NCBI GenBank assembly: GCA_044868775.1
Contig: JBIOWR010000006.1
Location: 1 to 28,482 of the forward strand
From: Actinomycetota bacterium
GTDB taxonomy: Bacteria; Actinomycetota; AC-67
Reading direction: 5' to 3'
DNA: 28,482 nt
In this document: piece by piece, positions 17,032-24,095 of the stretch
How positions within the stretch are numbered: the stretch's first letter is position 1
How the letters are laid out: each line of letters starts with the position of its first letter
Program-made: the position numbers and the translations under genes
Notes under the pieces: generated by a model
Database searches by the model: none
What the model was told of the DNA's origin: nothing
What the model saw: only the letters and a program-made list of their open reading frames with translations

Positions 17032-17585
17032 CGCGTCACCGGCCTTGGCGCCGGGCGGCCGAACACGACCGTCACGAAGATCACCCCGTCGACGTCCTGC
17101 ACCGCCCACACCGCCGCGAGCGAGAGCTGGCGGTCGAGGATGTTGACGCGATGATCCTTGCTCTTCATGAACGCGCGGTGCAGCGCGGAGACCGACGGCC
17201 CCATGCCGACGTTCTCCGCGATCGTTTGCGCCCGCAGGGTGTAGAGGAGCCGGTCGAGATCGGGGTTGTGGTACAGGCGGCCGGCGGCGACCATGCGATC
17301 GGTTTGCGTCTCCGCCGCGATGTGCACGGCGTCGCGCCACCATCGCAACGGGCGCAGCCCCGCGCGCACACGCGTGTCGTTGGTCATGCGGAACAGCTGT
17401 CCGGCGAGGTCGATGCGATCCTGCGGCGCGGGGTCGGGTGCGAACGTGATCTCGACCCGGACCTCGACGCGTGAGGATTCGACCTGGGCCTCGCCTGGGG
17501 TGATGGGAATCCCGCGCCTCACCGGCACGCTCGTCGCTCCGGCGAGCGCGAGGAATGTGAGCAAGCCGATCAACCCCCGACGCAT
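17028..17585 (-). CDS. Secreted CAP (SCP) domain protein
   Basis: Signal peptide MRRGLIGLLTFLALAGA. N..R...GL..L, H, AENVG, M.S..HR.NIL motifs. TACGCT lies 7 nt upstream of the ATG (leaderless). Confidence 0.88.
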   Translation of the reverse strand: MRRGLIGLLTFLALAGATSVPVRRGIPITPGEAQVESSRVEVRVEITFAPDPAPQDRIDLAGQLFRMTNDTRVRAGLRPLRWWRDAVHIAAETQTDRMVAAGRLYHNPDLDRLLYTLRAQTIAENVGMGPSVSALHRAFMKSKDHRVNILDRQLSLAAVWAVQDVDGVIFVTVVFGRPAPRPVTR

Positions 17586-17675
17586 GCCGGTCAGCGTAGC
17601 CCACGCCGAGGCAGGATTCGCGGGCGCGACCGCCGAATTCCTCCAAAACGAACCTGGCGAATCGGAGGAACTCCC

Positions 17676-19553
17676 GTGAGACGAATCCTTTCCGTGCTGG
17701 CCGCGGCGACGCTGACGCTGACGCTCGCGGCGACGCCGCTGCTCGTGCGCGCGGCCGCGCCCACCAGCGGCACCATCTCTCCCACGTCGCCGGTGGTGAC
17801 GTGGACCGGCGGGCCGCTCACGACCGACTCCGACACCTTCAAGCTCGCGATCGCGATCCCGGAGACGTACTACGCGCTGCACCCGCGCGCGGGCGTGCGC
17901 ATCTCGGTCGCGACGACCGGAGAGGACGACGCCGACGTCACCGTCTCGTGGACGACGGCGCCGAAGTGGAATCGTTCCTCGGCGTTGCGCGAGGCGGGTC
18001 ACGACCAGGTCACGTTGCTGACGCCGAAGAGCGGCGCCTACGACGTGGTGGTCGAGCCCTTCGGCGCCAACCAGAACGCGTACACCGCCAAAGCGATGCT
18101 CGTGCCGGCGCTCGCCGACACCGCGCGGCCGGCGTCGCCGATTCGCTTCCAGAAGAACACCATCGTCGATCCCACCACCGACAAAGAGGCGTCGAAGAAC
18201 ACCGGCGAGCCGAGCCTCGCGGTTGACTCCAAGGGACGCATCTACGTCGTGGCGCCGGGCGCCGGGGTGCACCTGTGGCGGTCCGAGAACGGCGGGACGA
18301 GCTTCACGCACATGGGCGACTTCGACTCCGACTTCATGCTCGGCGGCGGCGACTCCGAGATCGAGATCGATCGCAACGACAACATCTACATCGCCGACCT
18401 CGCAGTCGTGTCGATCAACATCTTGAAGTCCACCGATCACGCGAAGACGTTCCCGCAGCGCGCGATCACCGGCTACGAATCCGATCGCCAGTGGATCGCG
18501 AGCTACGGAGAGAAGACGGTGTACCTCGGCTATCACGACATCGGGTTCGAGAACGAGATCGTGTTCCGCTCCGACGACGGCGGCGCGACGTTCACGCAAG
18601 CGACGCTCGTACACGAGCTGACGAAGACGCAAGAGTACGTGGATTGCTTCGAGAACACCTTCTCCGGTCCGGTCGCGGTTGACCAGAAGGACGAGACCAT
18701 CTACATCGTGTACGCGTGCGGCACCGCGCAGACCAACGTCACCAGCGACGGCCGGCCGTGGGGACCGGCGAACTCCATCTACGTTGCCGTGTCGCACGAT
18801 CGCGGCGCGACGTTCACGAATCACAAGGCGATGGCGTTCCCGGTGGGCGCGAACGCGGGCAACCTGTTCCCGGCGATGGCGCTCGACCGCGCGGGCAACG
18901 TGTACGTGACCGCCGCGAAAGCCGACGTCGAAGGAGGCCGCGCCGACGTCATGCTGTCGGTGTCGAAGGACAAGGGCGAGACGTGGAGCGCTCCGATGGT
19001 GGTGAACAAGACGCGCGGCACGCACGTGTTCCCATGGGTGGCGGCGGGCGATGCCGGCCGCATCAACATCGCGTTCGCCTCGTCGTCGGCCACGTCGCCC
19101 AACGACCTCGACGGCATCTGGAACATCGAGATGGTGCAAAGCCTGAACGCGCTCGACGCGAAGCCGGCGTTCACGCAAACGCGCGTGTCCGAAAAGCCGA
19201 TCCACATCGGCCAGGTGTGCACGGCCGGCATCGCGTGCGCCGTGGGCGGTGACCGCAGCCTGCTCGACTTCATCGAGGTGCAGCTCGACCCGCAGGGCCT
19301 GGCGAACGTGGCGTGGACCGAGAACGCGAACGGTGCGCGGCACGTGGCCTTCTCGCGCCAGGTCGCCGGGCCGAGCCTGTACGCCACCAAGGTGCAGGGC
19401 ACGCGCCGGACGCAACAGCAACAGGGCAGCGTCACCGACAAGCGCACCGGGAGGCTTCCCGCCACCGGCGTGGAGGACGCCGCAACCCTGGCGCTCCTCT
19501 TGGTGGTCGCCGCGGCCTTGCTCGCTCGCCGCGTTCGCGCCGCTCGCCGCTAG
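17676..19553 (+). CDS. Cell-wall-anchored Asp-box (BNR) beta-propeller protein, sialidase-like fold, with LPXTG-type sorting signal
   Basis: GGAGGA RBS and signal peptide. Five Asp-boxes (WRSENGGTSF, KSTDHAKTF, RSDDGGATF, SHDRGATF, SKDKGETW). C-terminal LPATG, hydrophobic stretch and RRVRAARR tail. Confidence 0.87.
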   Translation: MRRILSVLAAATLTLTLAATPLLVRAAAPTSGTISPTSPVVTWTGGPLTTDSDTFKLAIAIPETYYALHPRAGVRISVATTGEDDADVTVSWTTAPKWNRSSALREAGHDQVTLLTPKSGAYDVVVEPFGANQNAYTAKAMLVPALADTARPASPIRFQKNTIVDPTTDKEASKNTGEPSLAVDSKGRIYVVAPGAGVHLWRSENGGTSFTHMGDFDSDFMLGGGDSEIEIDRNDNIYIADLAVVSINILKSTDHAKTFPQRAITGYESDRQWIASYGEKTVYLGYHDIGFENEIVFRSDDGGATFTQATLVHELTKTQEYVDCFENTFSGPVAVDQKDETIYIVYACGTAQTNVTSDGRPWGPANSIYVAVSHDRGATFTNHKAMAFPVGANAGNLFPAMALDRAGNVYVTAAKADVEGGRADVMLSVSKDKGETWSAPMVVNKTRGTHVFPWVAAGDAGRINIAFASSSATSPNDLDGIWNIEMVQSLNALDAKPAFTQTRVSEKPIHIGQVCTAGIACAVGGDRSLLDFIEVQLDPQGLANVAWTENANGARHVAFSRQVAGPSLYATKVQGTRRTQQQQGSVTDKRTGRLPATGVEDAATLALLLVVAAALLARRVRAARR

Positions 19554-19609
19554 AAACGGCCCCGGTTATCGCGGTTCCGATCTGCGCGCTAGGATTGTGC
19601 GCGCCGAAC

Positions 19610-19623
19610 TTACCCGCGGGTAA
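19610..19623. promoter_or_regulatory. Perfect 14-bp palindrome TTACCCGCGGGTAA, putative repressor operator of the ACAD operon
   Basis: Exact inverted repeat between a TAGGAT -10-like box (19590-19595) and the GGGGAG RBS. Confidence 0.55.
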
Positions 19624-19641
19624 CAAACAGGGGAGAACGCC

Positions 19642-20826
19642 ATGGACTTCCGCGACACGCCGGCCGAAGGCGCATTCCGCAAGGAGGTGCGCGAGTGGTT
19701 CGAGGCCAACGTCCCCACGGGCGTCTCGCGCGAGATCACCGACGAGCCGGGACAGATCGACGCGCTGCGTGAATGGCAGCGCACGCTGCACGCCGCCGGC
19801 TGGGCGGGGCTCTCGTGGCCCAAGGAATACGGCGGACGCGGCGCGAGCCTCATCGAGCAAGTCATCTTCAGCCAGGAGTTCGCGCGCGCGAAGGCGCCGC
19901 CGATGCTCAACGTCATCGGCATCGGCATGGCGGGTCCGACGATCATCGCCCACGGCACCGAGGCGCAAAAGCAACGCCACCTCGACAAGATCCTCTCCGG
20001 CGATGAGATCTGGTGCCAGGGCTTCTCCGAGCCGGGCGCCGGCTCCGACCTCGCGAGCTTGCGCACGACGGCGATCACCGACGGCGATTCGTTCGTCGTC
20101 AACGGGCAGAAGGTGTGGACGACGCTCGGCCACCTCGCGGACTGGTGCATCTTGCTCGTGCGCACCGATCCCACCGCGCCCAAGCACGCCGGCATTACCT
20201 ACCTGCTCGTCGACATGCACACACCGGGCGTCGAGGTGCGGCCGCTGCGGCAGATGACCGGCCAGGCGGAGTTCAACGAGACCTTCTTCACCGACGTGCG
20301 CGTGCCGCGCGAGAACGTGATCGGCGAGATCAACGACGGCTGGCGCGTGGCGATGACGACGCTGCTGCACGAGCGCGGCACGCTCGGCTTCGCGCTCGCG
20401 ACGCAAGCGGAGATGATGTTGCGCGACGCCGTGGACATGGCGAAGCGCGTGCAACGCAACGGCAAGCCCGCGTTCGAGGACCCGGTCGTGCGGCAGAAGC
20501 TCGCGCAAGCGCACGTCGAGATCAGCGCGCTGCGCCTCAACAACTACCGCGCGCTCACGTCGGTGATGCGCACCGGTGTGCCGGGACCGGAAGGCTCCCT
20601 CGGGAAATTGCTGTGGAGCGAGTCCGGAAAGCGCTTGCTCGAAGCCGTGATGGAGATCGCCGGCCCGGCGGGCCTCGTCTCCAGCGGCGCCGAGCACGCC
20701 GTCGACGGCGGGCGCTGGCAGTACTTGCACTTGCGCTCGCGCGCGTACTCCATCGAGGCCGGCACGAGCGAGATCCTGCGCAACATCATCGCCGAGCGCG
20801 TGCTCGGTCTCCCCAAGCACAAGTGA
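19642..20826 (+). CDS. Acyl-CoA dehydrogenase, catalytic subunit of a FadE-type heteromeric pair
   Basis: WCQGFSEPGAGSDLASL, NGQKVWT, EFNE.FF.DVRVP, GW.VAM.TL.HER and I..GT.EI.RNIIAER.LGLP. Confidence 0.93.
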   Translation: MDFRDTPAEGAFRKEVREWFEANVPTGVSREITDEPGQIDALREWQRTLHAAGWAGLSWPKEYGGRGASLIEQVIFSQEFARAKAPPMLNVIGIGMAGPTIIAHGTEAQKQRHLDKILSGDEIWCQGFSEPGAGSDLASLRTTAITDGDSFVVNGQKVWTTLGHLADWCILLVRTDPTAPKHAGITYLLVDMHTPGVEVRPLRQMTGQAEFNETFFTDVRVPRENVIGEINDGWRVAMTTLLHERGTLGFALATQAEMMLRDAVDMAKRVQRNGKPAFEDPVVRQKLAQAHVEISALRLNNYRALTSVMRTGVPGPEGSLGKLLWSESGKRLLEAVMEIAGPAGLVSSGAEHAVDGGRWQYLHLRSRAYSIEAGTSEILRNIIAERVLGLPKHK

Positions 20827-20835
20827 GGACGCGAG

Positions 20836-21951
20836 ATGGATTTCGGATTCACTGAAGACCAGGAAGCGCTGCGGAAGTCCGCGCGCGAAGTGCTCGGCGA
20901 CAAGTCCACGGCGGCGGACTTCCGGCGCATCATGGCGACCGACGACGCGTTCGACGAATCGCTGTGGAAGACCGTGGGCGAGCTGGGGTGGCTCGGCGTC
21001 GCGATCCCCGAAGCCGACGGCGGGCTCGGCCTCGGCTGGGTCGAGCAGTCGATCCTGCTCGAAGAGACCGGACGCGCGATCCTCCCGGCGCCGTATCTCA
21101 GCGCGGTGGCGCTTGCTGTTCCGGTCCTGCTTGCCGCGGATAAGGGTGGTATTCGCGACGCGCTGCTGGCCGCGCTCGCCGCGGGCGAGACGCGCGTGAC
21201 GCTGGCCGCCATAGAAGAAGAAGGTCGCTGGGACGCGCCCTCCTTGCAAACAACCGCGGAGAAGAGCGGAGACGGCTGGCGCATCTCGGGCGCGAAGGTG
21301 TTCGTGCCGGACGCGCACGTCGCGCACGAGCTGATCGTGCTCGCGCGCACCGGCGCGGGAACCACGCTGTTCGCGGTCCCGGCGAGCGAGGCGCGCATCA
21401 CGCAGCTGGCGACGCTCGACGCGAGCCGCCGGTTGTGCGAGGTCGTGCTCGACGGCGTCGTCGTCGGCGCGGATCGCGTGCTCGGCGCGAAGGGCGAGGG
21501 ATGGAGCGTGCTGCAACGCGCGCTCGATCGCGCCGCCGTGGCGTTCGCTGCGGAGGAGACCGGTATCGCGCAGCAGGTGCTCGACATGACCGTCGACTAC
21601 GCGCGCCAGCGCGAGCAGTTCGGCAAGCCGATCGGTTCCTTCCAAGCCAACTCGCACAAGCTGTCGGAGATGCTGTTGCTGACCGAGAGCGCGCGCTCGA
21701 GCACGTACTACGCCGCGTGGGCGCTCGACGAAGGCACGCCCGACGCGCCGCTCGCCGCGGCGTCGGCGCGCGTCGCCGGCATCGAGGCCGGCAGGTACGC
21801 CACCGCGGAGGGAATCCAGATCCACGGCGGCATCGGCTTCACCTGGGAGCACGACCTACATCTGTACTTCAAGCGCGCGAAGTGGGACGAGCTGTATCTC
21901 GGCGACGGCACCGTGTGGCGCGAGCGCGTCGCTTCGCTGCTCGCGGGGTAA
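20836..21951 (+). CDS. Acyl-CoA dehydrogenase family, partner subunit (degenerate N-terminal FAD site)
   Basis: MDF.FTEDQ, R.QFGKPIGSFQA and Q.HGGIGFTWEH..HLY.KRA are present, but the TEP..GSD motif is missing. Adjacent to a canonical ACAD. Confidence 0.9.
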   Translation: MDFGFTEDQEALRKSAREVLGDKSTAADFRRIMATDDAFDESLWKTVGELGWLGVAIPEADGGLGLGWVEQSILLEETGRAILPAPYLSAVALAVPVLLAADKGGIRDALLAALAAGETRVTLAAIEEEGRWDAPSLQTTAEKSGDGWRISGAKVFVPDAHVAHELIVLARTGAGTTLFAVPASEARITQLATLDASRRLCEVVLDGVVVGADRVLGAKGEGWSVLQRALDRAAVAFAAEETGIAQQVLDMTVDYARQREQFGKPIGSFQANSHKLSEMLLLTESARSSTYYAAWALDEGTPDAPLAAASARVAGIEAGRYATAEGIQIHGGIGFTWEHDLHLYFKRAKWDELYLGDGTVWRERVASLLAG

Positions 21952-22640
21952 TGGTCCGGCCGAAGGCGGAGCCGCTCGCTGCGTGGCTCGCGCGCGAGAC
22001 GCCATCGGACAAGAAGAAGCGCGCGTCGCTCGTGTATACGCGCCTTGCGAAGGCGTACCCGGACGCGAAGGTCGCGCTGAGCTTCTCCAATCCCTTGGAG
22101 ATGGTCGTCGCGACCGTGCTCTCCGCGCAATCGACGGACGCGATGGTGAACAAGGTGACGCCGGCGCTGTTCGCCAAGTACCGCACCGCGGCGGACTACG
22201 CGAACGCACCGCCCGGCGAGCTCGAGGCCGACATCAAGTCGACCGGGTTCTTCAACCAGAAGGCGCGCAACCTGCGCGCGCTCGCCCGTATGCTCGTCGA
22301 GGAGTTCGGGGGAGAGGTTCCCCGCACGATGCAAGAGCTGCTGCGCTTGCACGGCGTCGCGCGCAAGACGGCGAACATCGTGCTCGGTAACGCGTTCGGC
22401 GTCGTCGAAGGGATCGCCGTGGACACGCACGTGCATCGCCTCTCGCGCCGGCTGGGTTTCTCGCAGGACGACGACCCGAACAAGGTGGAGCAAGACCTGA
22501 TGGCGCTGTTCCCTCGCAAGCGGTGGTGGAACCTCACGTACCTGCTCATCGAGCACGGCCGCGCCATCTGCCATGCGAAGGTGCCGATGTGCGCCGACTG
22601 TGTCGTGAACGAGCCGTGCCCGGCGTCGCGCGTACACTAG
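21951..22640 (+). CDS. nth: Endonuclease III (HhH-GPD glycosylase with 4Fe-4S cluster)
   Basis: LSAQ.TD..VN, HhH L.GV.RKTAN, VDTHV.R and C-x6-C-x2-C-x5-C. TAATG overlap with the upstream ACAD. Confidence 0.96.
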   Translation: MVRPKAEPLAAWLARETPSDKKKRASLVYTRLAKAYPDAKVALSFSNPLEMVVATVLSAQSTDAMVNKVTPALFAKYRTAADYANAPPGELEADIKSTGFFNQKARNLRALARMLVEEFGGEVPRTMQELLRLHGVARKTANIVLGNAFGVVEGIAVDTHVHRLSRRLGFSQDDDPNKVEQDLMALFPRKRWWNLTYLLIEHGRAICHAKVPMCADCVVNEPCPASRVH

Positions 22641-22647
22641 CCTCGCC

Positions 22648-23193
22648 ATGCCGCGCATCTACACGAAGACCGGAGACGACGGCACGACCGGCCTGCTGTT
22701 CGGCGGCCGCGTCTCGAAGGACGACGTGCGCACGTCGGCGTACGGCGCGTCCGACGAGGCCGTCGCCGCCCTCGGCGTCGCGCGATCGCAGATCGCCGAC
22801 GTGAAGCTCGCGGAGCTGTTGTTGCGGTTGCAGCGGGAGCTGTTCGTGGTCGGCGCCGAGCTCGCGACCCATACCGACAAGCGCTCGAAGCTCGTCGACG
22901 GCCAGACGCGCATATCGGCCGCGATGGTGACCGACCTGGAGGCGATCATCGACGAATACGTCGCGCGCACCGGGATGCCGAAGGAGTTCGTCGTCCCCGG
23001 CGAGACGCTCCCCAGCGCGGTGATCGACCTCGCACGCTCGATCGTGCGCCGCTGCGAACGTGAAGCTGTTCGTATGCAACGCGAGGGGCTGCTCCCGCAA
23101 TCCGAGGTCGTGCGCTATCTCAATCGCCTCTCCGACTTGCTGTTCGTCCTCGCGCGCTACGAGGAAGGCGGCTTCCGCCCGCTCCACGCCTAG
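22648..23193 (+). CDS. pduO: PduO-type ATP:cob(I)alamin adenosyltransferase
   Basis: IYTKTGD.G.TGL..G.RV.K, Q..LF..GA.LA, R...RR.ER and YLNRLSD.LF..AR. Confidence 0.93.
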   Translation: MPRIYTKTGDDGTTGLLFGGRVSKDDVRTSAYGASDEAVAALGVARSQIADVKLAELLLRLQRELFVVGAELATHTDKRSKLVDGQTRISAAMVTDLEAIIDEYVARTGMPKEFVVPGETLPSAVIDLARSIVRRCEREAVRMQREGLLPQSEVVRYLNRLSDLLFVLARYEEGGFRPLHA

Positions 23194-23211
23194 AGTCCGT
23201 CGCCTCCGACT

Positions 23212-23241
23212 GCGGCGGCCACCGTCGCGGCGGCCACCGTC
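23212..23241 (+). repeat. Tandem duplication of the 15-mer GCGGCGGCCACCGTC
   Basis: Two exact copies at 23212-23226 and 23227-23241 in the pduO-lrp intergenic region. Confidence 0.8.
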
Positions 23242-23426
23242 GGTGCGGCCTCCTCCATCCCTCGCGAGCCAGGCTCACTGAGTGAACATGGCGTCGGCGG
23301 CATGCCCCTCCGGCGCGCTAGCACGTGCCTGCTTGCCTCGCACGTTCGGGCGGACCTAGCCTAGCGTCGCAAACCGGACGAGCGGGACGCGCGCGGCCGG
23401 GCGAGCAGGACGAGGAGGACACGGAC

Positions 23427-24095
23427 ATGGACGTCTACTTGTTCATTCAGACGGAGCCGGGCATGGCGACCTCGGTGATGAACGCGCTGGTCCAGGCGAA
23501 GGCCGTCACGCGTGCGGCCGCGATCACGGGCAAGCACGACGTCTTCGCGCGCATCGACAACGTCGAGTTCAACGAGCTCGGCACGCGGCTCGTCGATCAG
23601 GTGCAGCGGACGCCGGGCGTGTTGCGCACGACCACGTCGGCGGGACTGCCGGTGTCGGCGGCGTTCACGCGGCCGACGGGGATCTCGATCCCCACGATGC
23701 CCCTTCGCACAGCCGCGACCTCGCAGCCGCAAGCGCTCGTGTTCGCGCGCGTGCAGCCGGGCATGGGGGAGGCCGCGCTCAAGACGCTGTCGCAAGCGAA
23801 GTCGGTGCTGTCGCTCGCGCTCCTCACCGGTGAGTACGACGCGGTGATGCAAGTCTCCGGACCGACGGTCGAGGCGATCGCTCGCAAGGTGATGCGCGAG
23901 ATCCAAACCGTACCGGGCATCGTGTCGACCACCACGTCGATCGTCGCTGCGATCACGCCGTTCGTCGCGCCGGGAGCGGCACGCGCGCGCGGACGCGGGC
24001 GCGGGAAGGCGCGCAAGCGCCCCGCCAAGGCGAAGAAGCGCGCCCCCGCCAAGGCGAAGGCGCGCAAGCGCACCACGCGGAGGGGACGACGGTAG
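23427..24095 (+). CDS. Tandem Lrp/AsnC ligand-binding (RAM) domain protein without HTH, with an Arg/Lys-rich C-terminal tail
   Basis: GAGGAGG RBS and ATG 23427. Two repeats of Y/VLFI...PG......L......V......TG..D....I..........V...PG...T.T. Tail ARGRGRGKARKRPAKAKKRAPAKAKARKRTTRRGRR. Confidence 0.88.
   Translation: MDVYLFIQTEPGMATSVMNALVQAKAVTRAAAITGKHDVFARIDNVEFNELGTRLVDQVQRTPGVLRTTTSAGLPVSAAFTRPTGISIPTMPLRTAATSQPQALVFARVQPGMGEAALKTLSQAKSVLSLALLTGEYDAVMQVSGPTVEAIARKVMREIQTVPGIVSTTTSIVAAITPFVAPGAARARGRGRGKARKRPAKAKKRAPAKAKARKRTTRRGRR

Noticed and set aside
17028-19421. Long antisense or alternative-frame ORFs (for example 17028-19421, 23597-26746, 19432-21852, 4116-6518, 7035-8936)
   Set aside because: They are shadows of real genes caused by high GC3 and stop-codon scarcity. 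They are Arg/Ala/His-rich with no motifs. Only the 3' part of 17028-19421 (from 17585) is a real CAP gene.
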